DNA of 64,000 nt from Elusimicrobiota bacterium (GCA_036574205.1 JAINCQ010000021.1:1-64000), one strand, 5' to 3'. Positions 9,978 through 20,132 are shown, numbered from the stretch's first letter. A program made the numbers and translations. Notes: generated by a model from the sequence alone, not told the origin.

Positions 9978-10225
9978 AATTCCTCCAATAAATGCTATAT
10001 ACCAGGAAAGCGGGCAAATTTTTAAATTCAATCATATCTATAAATATATTAAACTTTATTTTTTTAATATTTGTTTACATTTTGTTAAATAATTATTTCA
10101 ACAGGAGATCTAAAAAAATTTAGAGGTATTAAAAAAATGATTAACGGGCTAAGCATAAAAAATGTTTATTATAGTTTATATTTATGCTGTATGAGATTTC
10201 TTCGAATGTTGAAAACTTATTCTGG

Positions 10226-10450
10226 TTAATCTTCTTTTAACTCTTCCAGTTTTATCTTTCCCTCGGCGTCTTTTTTTATCACTTCTATTTTACCTTTTAT
10301 CTCTATAAGCTTTTCATTTAATTCTTTTGATATATTTACACCTTCCTCAAAAAGCTTAAGGGATTCTTCAAGAGGGGTATCATCATTTTCAAGCTTTAAA
10401 ACTATTTCCTCAAGTTTTTTCAGTTTTGCCTCAAAACTTTCTTTCTTCAT
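10226..10450 (-). CDS. xseB: Exodeoxyribonuclease VII small subunit
   Basis: SFEAKLKKLEEIV..LE...PLEESLKLFEEG; overlaps xseA stop. Confidence 0.95.
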   Translation of the reverse strand: MKKESFEAKLKKLEEIVLKLENDDTPLEESLKLFEEGVNISKELNEKLIEIKGKIEVIKKDAEGKIKLEELKED

Positions 10451-11661
10451 TTTTCCTCCATCAATTTTTTTTCATTTACGAGAGTCTTTGCATATCCATC
10501 ATAAAATATCAGCTCTAACTTATCTCCTGGCTCAACCTCCTTTATGGATTTTATTATTCTTTCCCCTTTTCTGGAGATTATATATCCTTTTTTTGCTGGA
10601 ATATTGGGATTTAGATTGTTCAGTCTTCCTTTAAGGTTTTCAAGTTTATTTGATATGATCAGAATTTTTCTATCCATTTCATCAATAATTTTTGTGTGGA
10701 GATCATCTAAAGAAACAACAAATTTTTCTATTATAGAAAAAGGGGATAAAAAAAATCTTGATTTTACAAATATCAAAAATTTAGAGTAGATTTTATGATA
10801 AATAAGTTTAAGGCTTTGTATTAGCCTTTTTTCAGTTTGCTTTATGCTGGATAAAACATCCTCAATATTTTGAGCTACTATTTCTGCGGCAGCAGATGGG
10901 GTTGGTGCCCTTAAATCAGCAACAAAATCTGATATTGTAAAATCAGTTTGATGTCCTACGCAGGATATAATCGGTATTCTGGAATTTGCTATTGCCCTTG
11001 CTACTATCTCTTCATTAAACGCCCACAGATCTTCCATTGATCCACCACCCCTTCCAACAAGTAAGACATCAACCCAGCTTAATTTTTCATTTATATCATT
11101 GATGGCAGAGGCTATTTCTTCTTTTGCTCCCTCTCCCTGAACTTTTACAGGATAGATTATTATGTTTATATTAGGCGCTCGCCTTTTTATTATAGAGATA
11201 ATATCTCTTACGGCTGCTCCATGAAGGGAGGTTATAACTCCTACGTTTTGTGGAAATTTAGGAATCTTTTTTTTTCTCTTTTCATCAAACAGCCCTTCTT
11301 CTTCAAGCTTTTTTTTAAGTTTTTCAAAAGCAATTTGCAGAGGTCCTAATTTTAAGGGAACAATTTTTTTTATTATAAGTTGATATTTGCTTTGCTTTTC
11401 ATAAATAGAGAGATCGGCTAAAACTTTTATTAATAAGCCGTTTTGAAGATCAAAATCAATATCTTTTACGTTCCATTTAAATAAAACACAGGATATAATG
11501 GAATTTTCGTCCTTTAAGTCAAAGTAAATATGATTTAGCGAGGAGCGTTTTATTCCGCTTATCTCCCCCTCAACCCATATATTATTAAAATTTCTGCTTA
11601 AAATATTTTTTATTTCAGCATTTATTTCGCTTACCTTATAAACTGGTTCAATATTTTCCAT
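10447..11661 (-). CDS. xseA: Exodeoxyribonuclease VII large subunit
   Basis: WVEGEISG, HIYFDLKD, GRGGGSMEDLWAFNEE, VGHQTD, RAPTPSAAAE. Confidence 0.96.
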   Translation of the reverse strand: MENIEPVYKVSEINAEIKNILSRNFNNIWVEGEISGIKRSSLNHIYFDLKDENSIISCVLFKWNVKDIDFDLQNGLLIKVLADLSIYEKQSKYQLIIKKIVPLKLGPLQIAFEKLKKKLEEEGLFDEKRKKKIPKFPQNVGVITSLHGAAVRDIISIIKRRAPNINIIIYPVKVQGEGAKEEIASAINDINEKLSWVDVLLVGRGGGSMEDLWAFNEEIVARAIANSRIPIISCVGHQTDFTISDFVADLRAPTPSAAAEIVAQNIEDVLSSIKQTEKRLIQSLKLIYHKIYSKFLIFVKSRFFLSPFSIIEKFVVSLDDLHTKIIDEMDRKILIISNKLENLKGRLNNLNPNIPAKKGYIISRKGERIIKSIKEVEPGDKLELIFYDGYAKTLVNEKKLMEEK

Positions 11662-12086
11662 TAATCATCCAATAAACGTTTTTCTCCCTCTAATTTCTTT
11701 ATTTCAGATATATCTATATCAAATTCCATACATCCCAGATATTTTCCAGATGGGCTTCTAAGGGCATAAAATTCAATCAATATCTTATGTTTTGGTTCAT
11801 CTTCATTTATCTTCATATCTATCCAGAATCTTGCCTTATCTCTTTTTCCTGATTTCATTTCGTTTACTATTTTTTCTACCAGATGAAGACTTTTTTGTGG
11901 ATGGCATTCCCTGAAATTCATACCCATTGCTACAACGGGTCGCCTGAATATTCTTGTATTATGTTTATTCCATCCAACAACCTCATCATTTGCATTTATT
12001 ACGGTAATCTCACCCGGGATTGTTTCAAAAATTGATTTTATCATTTCAGGTGTAAGATTATCAAAAAGATAGTCATTATCCGGCAT
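11661..12086 (-). CDS. Stand-alone PAS domain protein (PAS_10-like)
   Basis: IFETIPGEITVINANDEV, ECHPQKS, LRSPSGKYLGCME; SD AGGAGG; 1-nt overlap with xseA. Confidence 0.8.
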   Translation of the reverse strand: MPDNDYLFDNLTPEMIKSIFETIPGEITVINANDEVVGWNKHNTRIFRRPVVAMGMNFRECHPQKSLHLVEKIVNEMKSGKRDKARFWIDMKINEDEPKHKILIEFYALRSPSGKYLGCMEFDIDISEIKKLEGEKRLLDD

Positions 12087-12165
12087 TGTTCCTCCTTTTA
12101 TAATTATACAAAATACCCTAAAAAGCTATTATTAGATTTCTATTGGGTTTCTCCAATTTCTCCAA

Positions 12166-12193
12166 AGAGTCTGCCAGAAAGCAGGCTTTTTTT
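12166..12193 (+). terminator. Terminator-like hairpin in divergent intergenic region
   Basis: GAGTCTGC-CAGAAA-GCAGGCTT followed by a T run. Confidence 0.45.
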
Positions 12194-12261
12194 TAACAAA
12201 AAATAAATAAAATTGAAACCATAACTTTGATAAAATAAGATTATGATTATTTTAACTATTA

Positions 12262-13692
12262 GTGAAGAACTTTGGAAATGAAGTTTTTATGAAGATTTGT
12301 CTAATTAAAGAGGATTTAAAATTCAAGCGTAAATTTATTTTTTCAGCAAATATTATTTTATTTATTATGTCTAATATCTTTGGTTTAAGTGATGATAATT
12401 TTTCAAACACCTATTCAATAGCATATTCAAATACCTTGGTTAGTTTTCCAGTTAAATCCAACCCGGCTACTTATGGAGATATCAGAAATTTAACGCTTTC
12501 CTGTTATTATTCAAATCTTAATTATGGAGTTTATGACAATGAAGATTATCAGAACAGCGGTTTTGAGCTTTTCCTTCCCAAAATTACCTACACAAAAAAC
12601 ATGACATACTATTTTTCATATGAAAAAAATGAGGTGGATAAAAGTAAAATAAATATTTTTTCCTTTGGTGGGGCAAGTTATAACCTAATTGATTTTGAAA
12701 GCGAAAAGCTTGATATCGGATTTAATATTAAAAAACTAAATCTGGAAAATATTGTTGTTGATGGCGAAAGTAGCAAAGCTCTTTTTGATGTGGGGTTTTT
12801 AGTAAGAAAAAAAGATTATCTTTTTGGTCTTTCTTTTATTAATCTAAACTCTAATTTTGAGGATAAGGATTTTATTACTGTAAGTCGTGGCACAAAATTT
12901 TCAATCGCAAGGATAGGGAATGAATTTTCAGTTGGTTTTGATATAACACAAAGAAAATTGAATAATGATCTGAGTTCTTATTCATTAGCTCTTAGCGCAT
13001 CACAACTATGGAGAACATATAGATATGGCTCATTTACTACCGCATTAAGTATGATGATTGGCGATAAAAGGTCAAGCGCTGGTTTTGGGGTTTTTTATAA
13101 ACGCGATATATGGGAAGCAGGGTATGCTTTTTCTTTCGCTCTTAACTCCCCTCATAGCTTTAACAACGCGCTGTCGCTATCAGTTTTCTGGGGAAAAAGG
13201 GATGTGGAAAGCGATTATGAGAAGGTTATTCAAAGGGAAGTAAAATACAGAAAGGATCTTATGGCTGAAATTTATGAGGCTCAAAAAAGAGAGGAGAAGT
13301 TAAAAGCTAATATTTCAAAAATGCAGTCAGAGATAGATGAGTTAGTTTTTAATATGAAAAAACTTGAGGATTTACTTAACGCTGAAAAATTAAAAAAGAA
13401 AGAGATTGAAGAGGAAAAAAATAGAATAAAACAAACTCTTGACAATATAATTGAAAAACAAAGAAGGCAGCAGGAGGAGTTGAAGGATATAGAAGAAAAA
13501 AGAAGACTTGAAAAATTGAAGTTGATTGAGATGGATTTTAACAGAGATTTTGAAACTTATATGAAGATTAAGTCTCAAGGCGCCGCAAAAGAAGTGTTAT
13601 CTGGATATTTGAAAAAGATAATAAGTCAGTATCAAGATAGCGGAATAGATATTAGTATCGCAACTGTTGAAATGCAGAATCTATTAAAATAA
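12262..13692 (+). CDS. Putative outer-membrane beta-barrel (degenerate PorV/PorP-like) fused to a C-terminal coiled coil
   Basis: Hydrophobic leader, NPA motif, alternating aromatic strands (DVGFLV, YAFSF, LSLSVFWG), then ~150 aa E/K helix; start may be ATG 12289. Confidence 0.55.
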   Translation: MKNFGNEVFMKICLIKEDLKFKRKFIFSANIILFIMSNIFGLSDDNFSNTYSIAYSNTLVSFPVKSNPATYGDIRNLTLSCYYSNLNYGVYDNEDYQNSGFELFLPKITYTKNMTYYFSYEKNEVDKSKINIFSFGGASYNLIDFESEKLDIGFNIKKLNLENIVVDGESSKALFDVGFLVRKKDYLFGLSFINLNSNFEDKDFITVSRGTKFSIARIGNEFSVGFDITQRKLNNDLSSYSLALSASQLWRTYRYGSFTTALSMMIGDKRSSAGFGVFYKRDIWEAGYAFSFALNSPHSFNNALSLSVFWGKRDVESDYEKVIQREVKYRKDLMAEIYEAQKREEKLKANISKMQSEIDELVFNMKKLEDLLNAEKLKKKEIEEEKNRIKQTLDNIIEKQRRQQEELKDIEEKRRLEKLKLIEMDFNRDFETYMKIKSQGAAKEVLSGYLKKIISQYQDSGIDISIATVEMQNLLK

Positions 13693-13841
13693 AAAATTGT
13701 GTGTGTAGCTTGTAAATTCAGTTTATAGAATCAGGTTTTTATGTTGTTTTTTTCAACACTAAATCTCAAAACGGGAAATATGAAACAAAAAATTAATAAA
13801 GTTTTAATTAATATTTAAAGCACAGGATGTATAATTTTAGC

Positions 13842-15488
13842 ATGAGCGATTCTGAAAATTTTAATTTTTCTTTAAATGCAGATTCTCCAACCGCTGAGAT
13901 TATTAATTATTTTAAGAAAAAGCTTAAAGATAAAGTTCTTGAATATGAAGCTGAGCTTAAACATAAAAATGAAACTATAGAAAAGTTGAATGATCAAATA
14001 AGATCACTTGAAGAGATGATAGAACAATTAAAAAGCAGATATTCCCAGACAGAAAATGAAATCCTGACTCAAAATAAAGAGTTATTTGTAAAAATGGAGG
14101 AGTCAAAACAGATTTTAATCAAACAAAAAGAAAAACACCAGAAAGAGATATCTCTTTTAAAAGATATTTTTGAGAGAACCAAAATGGAGATATCACAATT
14201 TTCAGCGGAGATTGATGAGTTAAAAAAAGAAAGAAACAGGATTAAAGAAGAACTTCTGCTTGTAAAATCCCAGAAGTCTGATATTGAAGATAAAATGAAA
14301 ATGCTTGAAAATCAGCTTTCAAGCTCAAAAAAGGCGGTTGAAGAGACATTATCTGAGCTTTTTGAGGAAAGAAAAAAGGTTTCAGAGCTTTCAAAGAAAA
14401 TCACAGAAGGCGAAAAGGAGAAAGAGGAGTTGAAGAAACAACTTGAAAGCACTAAATTAGCCTGGGATAATGAAAGGGCTCAATGGAAGGAAATGTGGGA
14501 GAGAGAAAGAAGTTTATGGGAGTCCCATAGGATGGAGTTTGCTGTTTGGGAGGAAAGGCTCAGGAATGAGAGAGAGGCGTGGATCAAAAAATTAAAGGAA
14601 GAAGAGGAAAAAGGGGTTGAGTATGCTAAGGACTTAAGTAAAGTTTTAGAAGATGCGTCAAAATGGTCTTATAAGGTAGGCGAGTTGCTAAAACTTTATG
14701 CAAAAGACGGGGTGAGACTACCTCAGGTTTTTGTTTCACAAAAAACATTAGAGAAAAAAGCTAAATCAACTACAAAAAAAATTTTTGCTATGTTTTTAAT
14801 TGGTGCGCTTTTGCTTGGGTTAATAGCTTATACTGCTATTGATTATAAATCAAAACTTCATCTTGCAAAATATACATCTTTTACCTTAGATGATTCTAAT
14901 TATACTGGCTTTGTTAAAAGCGGCGATGTTTTCTTTTTCTCACATTGGTCTGGTGGAGTTGTCTTAAAAGATGCTGAGATGAAAAATATATCAAAAATTT
15001 CTGAGTTTGATGGATCAAAACTTAAAATATCAGCTATAGCAGAAGATGGAGAGTATCTATGGCTTCTTGATATGAGCGGACTTAGGTTTATCAAGGTTGA
15101 TCCATATACCGGAAAGATTGTTAAGAGTTTTAAAACGCTTGGTGTTGCTCCTCAAGGGGTTGCCTGCGATGGGTTTTATTTGTGGTCATTTGATGCATCT
15201 GCTGGACTTTTATATAGGTATGACATAAATGATGAAATTAAGGGTGTAAGCTCATATTCACTTGAAGGTATTAAAAATGTTAACTGGCTTGGATGGGTTG
15301 ATGGAATATTATATGTTGTTTCAAACGATAAGTTATATAGGTTTTCATACAACAATGATAGATTTAAAAAAATTTCAGTTCAAAACGCTAAAAATTTTGT
15401 ATATTGTTATGTATATAAAGATAAGATGTATGTTTTAAAAGATAATGGAAATATTAAGGAGTTTGATATTTATAAAATCAAAATTTAA
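13842..15488 (+). CDS. Bitopic protein: N-terminal coiled coil, TM helix, C-terminal beta-propeller-like domain
   Basis: ~300 aa coiled coil; TM IFAMFLIGALLLGLIAYTAI; repeats AIAEDGEYLWLLD / GVACDGFYLWSFD / LGWVDGILYVV. Confidence 0.65.
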   Translation: MSDSENFNFSLNADSPTAEIINYFKKKLKDKVLEYEAELKHKNETIEKLNDQIRSLEEMIEQLKSRYSQTENEILTQNKELFVKMEESKQILIKQKEKHQKEISLLKDIFERTKMEISQFSAEIDELKKERNRIKEELLLVKSQKSDIEDKMKMLENQLSSSKKAVEETLSELFEERKKVSELSKKITEGEKEKEELKKQLESTKLAWDNERAQWKEMWERERSLWESHRMEFAVWEERLRNEREAWIKKLKEEEEKGVEYAKDLSKVLEDASKWSYKVGELLKLYAKDGVRLPQVFVSQKTLEKKAKSTTKKIFAMFLIGALLLGLIAYTAIDYKSKLHLAKYTSFTLDDSNYTGFVKSGDVFFFSHWSGGVVLKDAEMKNISKISEFDGSKLKISAIAEDGEYLWLLDMSGLRFIKVDPYTGKIVKSFKTLGVAPQGVACDGFYLWSFDASAGLLYRYDINDEIKGVSSYSLEGIKNVNWLGWVDGILYVVSNDKLYRFSYNNDRFKKISVQNAKNFVYCYVYKDKMYVLKDNGNIKEFDIYKIKI

Positions 15489-15491
15489 GGA

Positions 15492-18400
15492 GTGTTTATG
15501 AAAAAAATATTAGCTTTATTTATGTTTGTTTTAGTTGCTAAGGTTGCATATTCTCAGCAGCTTTATGTTTCAAGAATGGAAGTTCGTCAGGGAGGTAATG
15601 AGTGGTGCAATGGCTACCAAGGAAGTGATAGATCACCGATATGGGATTTAGTTGGCGCAAGAATAGAATTTGATTATCCAAAGACTGGATATCCCGGGGG
15701 TTGTCTGTCACTTTGTGTATGGATTACCGCTGTAATACAGACTACAGCAAATGCTAATTTAGGTGTTGATGAGTTGACATTTGAAATATTCAAATTTAAA
15801 CCGGGGGCAAATCCTCTTGATCCATCATCCACACCTCCAATAAGAACTATACCTATGTATAATGTTGCGGCATTTTCAATGGCAGTCGTAAGTGAGCAGA
15901 CTTATGGCCCTGTATGCACTGCATGGGATGGGACTTATAATGTTGAGGGTTTTTGGGGAAAAACAAATGGTCAGTTTGGTTTTAGAGCTACGGTTAAAAC
16001 AAATATGGTTTCTCAAACTGCTGGAAATATAAATATACAGCAAACCGCTGCTTTCCCGGGCCAGAATCAAAACCCAATAACAGTTGATGTTACTAATATA
16101 CACGTTGTAAGAGCAACCCCAACTGTTGTTGGAAAAATAACAGCAGTAGGAGCTCAGCCGTATAACATACTATATAGATTGTCAAAAGACGCAACTGTGA
16201 CAATTACAGTTGAAGACTCACAAGGCAATCTAATAAGAACGATAGCTCAGTCATTGCCACGTTTTGGCGAAGGAATCCCTGATGGCGCGCTTATGAATGG
16301 TGATTTCTGGGACGGAAGGGATAATAATGGACTTCTTGTTCCCGCAGGCAATTATTTTTACAGAATAAATGCTGGAGCTCATGATGATTATGGCTGGGAT
16401 GAGGCTAATGAATATAGTGGGAATTTGAGTATAGATCCTCTTCAAATAACTGATATAGCTATAAAAGATTTAGGACCGCTTGCAACTGATGTTGCTATTA
16501 TAAGCTATCAACTAACAGAGGATGCGACAGTTTATCTTGATATATATCCACCAGGAACAAGCTTTAATTCTATAAACTGTTCTGCAAGATCAACAGCTTG
16601 TACAAGTGCATCTCCTTTGCGTTCAATAATATCTGAGATGCCGAGGCGGCAAACTGTAAGCATGTATTGGGATGGAAAGGATTCAAATGGGAATTATTTA
16701 TGCGATGGAAATTATACTTTTGCTTTATCTGCTGTTACAAAGGGAAGAGGGGGGGATATATGGACAAAAAAACTTGGGGTAGGAACTGTTTCAATAGCAA
16801 AAGGAAATCCACTTGCATTTTTAAATCCATCCACTACTATAATTGGTTCAACCCCTCCGGCTGCTGGTTTAAATCCATTTCATTTCAGATATCAATTACA
16901 AAGACCTGCAACAGTAAAACTTGAGATAAAAGATATGCTTGGAAATGTGAAAAGAACTCTTGTAAACAACGAAAGCCGTTCAAGCGGTTTAGTAAATGAT
17001 GAAATATGGGATGGTAAGGATGAACAAGGAAAGTGGGTATCAAGTGGAACATATCGTGCGGCTTTAACTATCAGAGATCCATATATGTGTATGCCGAATA
17101 ATACTTTTATGCACGATACCAGTTTTGATGTAAATCTTTTTAGAATAGTTGATGTTGTACCTCAGCATATAATAGGGCTTTCAACTCAGGCGGCAATAAG
17201 TTATCAGCTCAGTCAGAGCATGTGGACGGATGTTAAGATTTATAATCAGAATGTAAATATAAATCCATCGGATTGGCCATGGACACAAGCAGGTTATAGC
17301 GGATCAAATGTTATTTATTCTATTTCGGGGATGAGACCGGGAAGATATAAGATAACAGAATACTGGGATGGAAGGGACTCTCAAGGTTATCTTGTTGAAG
17401 ATGGGAGATATCCATTTACTATTGTTGCTTATTCTACGGGTTCTCAGGTTATGTATGCTATTGACAAAGCATATGGTTATATAGATGTTTCGCGCGGAGC
17501 TATAATGTTTTTCACTTTTAACATAACTCCAACAATAGCTGATATGAAGAATTCAAGCGAGGTTGTAAAACTTCCACCTTATCTTATTGAATATTCGTTG
17601 ACAAGACAGTCATCTGTAACGATAACTGTAAATGATTTTTATACAAATAATGTAGTTGCAAGAGTTGTAAATGGAGAAACAAGAGACCCATTTGTAAACT
17701 ATAAGGATTTCTGGGATGGGAAATGTTATAGAGGAATAGGCTGTGTTGATGGCCAGTGGCTAATTGGAACCTATAATGTAAATGTTTATGCTCAGGATAT
17801 TCTTGCAAATCCAAATGCCAGTATAGTTGTAACAACAGTTACTATGACAATAGACAATTATCCATTAAGGTTATATGACCTTGCTGTGGCTCCTTTAACT
17901 CCAGACAGTCCCGCGATGATAAGTTATCAGGTTTCAGAGCCAATGAAGGTTGCAATAAAAATCTATAAACCGGGGACGCAGTTTGTGGCAGATCAGCCCA
18001 TAGGTTGTGGGACAAATGAAGAAGGATGTCTTGTAAATAAGATTGTTGGGGTAAGACCAGCAAGGACCCTTATAACAGAATACTGGGATGGAAGGGATAT
18101 GACCGGCTCAGTTGTTCCTTCCGGAAATTATATATTTAAAATATTTGCTTCAACAGATTCAAGAGAGATAAGTTCTATCACAGCGGATTGCCCCGGCGGT
18201 GTTTGTAATTCACTTGCCGATGATATTATAATAGCTGATCTTCCCGCTATGCAGGTTTATGTAGAGGATGTATGTGAATATTTTGAAAACAACTCTTATT
18301 TTGCGCCAAATCCATTTAATACAGATGTGGGAAATTTTAGAGTAGCGGTTCCAATGCTTGGAAATGTTGAGATAAGGGTTTATAATCTTGGAGGTGATCT

Positions 18401-18653
18401 TGTTTATTCCTACAATAGCAAAAATACATGGCCAAATGGTATAGATCTTGAAAGCGAGGGGCAGTGTATATCAGGAAGTAATGATTTTAAAGGTGGAGTT
18501 ACTTGTAAGGTAGATCCAAAACTCAAATGGTCAAAAACAAATCTTTCTGGAAAGAAACTTGCCCCTGGCCTTTATATAGCTGTTTACAGGTTTTTGTCAA
18601 CGCAGGGAACAAAAGAATTATGTCAGTTCAGAAAAAAAATACTGATACCTTAA
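15492..18653 (+). CDS. Secreted multi-FlgD-Ig repeat protein with T9SS-like C-terminal domain
   Basis: Signal peptide; seven WDG motifs (e.g. FWDGRDNNGLLVPAGNY); terminal FAPNPF...IRVYNLGGDLV...GKKLAPGLYI...KKILIP. Confidence 0.8.
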   Translation: MFMKKILALFMFVLVAKVAYSQQLYVSRMEVRQGGNEWCNGYQGSDRSPIWDLVGARIEFDYPKTGYPGGCLSLCVWITAVIQTTANANLGVDELTFEIFKFKPGANPLDPSSTPPIRTIPMYNVAAFSMAVVSEQTYGPVCTAWDGTYNVEGFWGKTNGQFGFRATVKTNMVSQTAGNINIQQTAAFPGQNQNPITVDVTNIHVVRATPTVVGKITAVGAQPYNILYRLSKDATVTITVEDSQGNLIRTIAQSLPRFGEGIPDGALMNGDFWDGRDNNGLLVPAGNYFYRINAGAHDDYGWDEANEYSGNLSIDPLQITDIAIKDLGPLATDVAIISYQLTEDATVYLDIYPPGTSFNSINCSARSTACTSASPLRSIISEMPRRQTVSMYWDGKDSNGNYLCDGNYTFALSAVTKGRGGDIWTKKLGVGTVSIAKGNPLAFLNPSTTIIGSTPPAAGLNPFHFRYQLQRPATVKLEIKDMLGNVKRTLVNNESRSSGLVNDEIWDGKDEQGKWVSSGTYRAALTIRDPYMCMPNNTFMHDTSFDVNLFRIVDVVPQHIIGLSTQAAISYQLSQSMWTDVKIYNQNVNINPSDWPWTQAGYSGSNVIYSISGMRPGRYKITEYWDGRDSQGYLVEDGRYPFTIVAYSTGSQVMYAIDKAYGYIDVSRGAIMFFTFNITPTIADMKNSSEVVKLPPYLIEYSLTRQSSVTITVNDFYTNNVVARVVNGETRDPFVNYKDFWDGKCYRGIGCVDGQWLIGTYNVNVYAQDILANPNASIVVTTVTMTIDNYPLRLYDLAVAPLTPDSPAMISYQVSEPMKVAIKIYKPGTQFVADQPIGCGTNEEGCLVNKIVGVRPARTLITEYWDGRDMTGSVVPSGNYIFKIFASTDSREISSITADCPGGVCNSLADDIIIADLPAMQVYVEDVCEYFENNSYFAPNPFNTDVGNFRVAVPMLGNVEIRVYNLGGDLVYSYNSKNTWPNGIDLESEGQCISGSNDFKGGVTCKVDPKLKWSKTNLSGKKLAPGLYIAVYRFLSTQGTKELCQFRKKILIP

Positions 18654-18657
18654 AGAG

Positions 18658-19623
18658 GTGGTTATGAAAAATATATTAAAAACATTTATTGTTATAATAT
18701 TAGCTTCCAGTTTTTTAAATGCTGCTAGTGATGGGACAAGCGGTTTTGCTTTCCTTAAAATTCCAGCTGGATCTTCAAGGATTATGGGGCTTGGAAATAA
18801 TGGGGTTTCTCTCGCTAATTCTGTTGAAGCGATGAATATAAATCCAGCAGGGGTTGCCTTTGCCCAAATGAAAGAAATAAGTTTCTCCCTTGTAAATTGG
18901 TTTGAGGATTATAAAGGAAAGTATATTTCTTATGTTGAACCGCACGGCACAAATGTATTTGGAGTAAATATTGGATATTTTTCAACAGATGGGTTTGATA
19001 TAAGGGATGTAGATGGTGTTCCTCTTAATGCTGAGAATGTTAAATTTAAAAATATGTTTGGATCTATCTCTTTTGCAAAGTCTTTCTTTATGGAAAGATT
19101 TGCTATAGGCTTTTCGGCTAAGTATGTTAGCGAAGACAGGTATGAGACAAAAGATAATGCAATAGTATATGATGCTGGCGCGGTCCTTAAAATTTCAAGG
19201 AAGATTGCATTAGGTTTTTCACAGCAAAATATATCAGGAGATCAAAAAAAAGTCGTTGGATTAACCAGATATGGGATATCTATAACACCTTCAAGTTATC
19301 TTACGATTGTTGGTGACTCAAAGAAATATAGCGATACAAAAGGAAAATGGGGAGTTGGTTTTGAGTTTTCTCTTCCGGAGGAGCTTTTGCAATATGGAAG
19401 GTTTGTTTTCAGGGCTGGTTATAATGATTCAATAGATTATGGAAAAAATTATGATGATTCAATGCTTGATAAATTAGGCTTAGATCAAACAAGTGGGTGG
19501 AGTTTTGGTATAGGTGTTTATTCGGCATCCTCTTTTGGAAAAACATATGCTATTGAATATTCTATGATGCCTTATGGCGAGCTGGGAAAAACATCCCAGA
19601 TTACTTTTAAATTTCAGTTTTAA
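18658..19623 (+). CDS. PorV/PorQ-family (UPF0164-like) outer-membrane beta-barrel
   Basis: Signal peptide; FLKIPAGSSRIMGLG...NPAGVA N-terminal motif; YDAG; PYGELG; C-terminal Phe. Confidence 0.82.
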   Translation: MVMKNILKTFIVIILASSFLNAASDGTSGFAFLKIPAGSSRIMGLGNNGVSLANSVEAMNINPAGVAFAQMKEISFSLVNWFEDYKGKYISYVEPHGTNVFGVNIGYFSTDGFDIRDVDGVPLNAENVKFKNMFGSISFAKSFFMERFAIGFSAKYVSEDRYETKDNAIVYDAGAVLKISRKIALGFSQQNISGDQKKVVGLTRYGISITPSSYLTIVGDSKKYSDTKGKWGVGFEFSLPEELLQYGRFVFRAGYNDSIDYGKNYDDSMLDKLGLDQTSGWSFGIGVYSASSFGKTYAIEYSMMPYGELGKTSQITFKFQF

Positions 19624-19625
19624 TT

Positions 19626-19796
19626 ATGCGCAAAAGACGAGGACAAACAACTGTAGAATATATATTGATAACAGTTGTTATGGTTATAGCTTTTGTTGTT
19701 ATGCATAAAGCTCTTCAATGGGCGGCTGCCAAAAGATTTGAGCAGGATGGTGTGAGAATTTTAAGAATGTATAAAGAGGATTATTCAATAAAATAG
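19626..19796 (+). CDS. Small class III signal peptide prepilin (56 aa; absent from ORF track)
   Basis: MRKRRG|QTTVEYILITVVMVIAFVVMHKALQWAAAKRFEQDGVRILRMYKEDYSIK*: basic leader, Gly-1, Glu+5, Tyr+6, hydrophobic helix. Confidence 0.85.
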   Translation: MRKRRGQTTVEYILITVVMVIAFVVMHKALQWAAAKRFEQDGVRILRMYKEDYSIK

Positions 19797-19801
19797 AATA
19801 A

Positions 19802-19829
19802 TTGAATTTTTTAATAATTGTGCTATAAT
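19802..19829 (+). promoter_or_regulatory. Sigma70-type promoter for the major pilin
   Basis: TTGAAT (19802-07), 16-nt spacer, extended -10 TGcTATAAT (19821-29). Confidence 0.55.
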
Positions 19830-19888
19830 ATAAATAAAAAAGATAGAGGATAAATGAAAAGCAAATGCTTTTGATAAAGGAGGAAAAA

Positions 19889-20080
19889 ATGAAAAAGTAT
19901 TTTAAGGTAAGAAAAGGGCAAAATACTGTTGAGTATTTGTTGATGCTTGCTGTGGTCGTTGGTGTTGTGTTAATAGCAGGAATGGCTATAAAGAAATATA
20001 TGCCAACTCTCTGGGGACAGATACAGGGACTTATAAGTGGCGCTGCTGGATCACTCGGCGCTGGAGCTGGAAATCAATAA
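19889..20080 (+). CDS. flp: Flp-type (type IVc) major pilin
   Basis: AAGGAGG SD; MKKYFKVRKG|QNTVEYLLMLAVVVGVVLIAG; 63 aa. Confidence 0.85.
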   Translation: MKKYFKVRKGQNTVEYLLMLAVVVGVVLIAGMAIKKYMPTLWGQIQGLISGAAGSLGAGAGNQ

Positions 20081-20132
20081 ATTTTATAAAGAGTTTGATG
20101 GAACTAAAATTAGTTGAGAAAACAACAATGAG

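Noticed and set aside
15492..18653. Flagellar hook-cap FlgD annotation
   Set aside because: Has a Sec signal peptide and many repeats, lacks the FlgD N-terminal domain, and no flagellar genes are nearby
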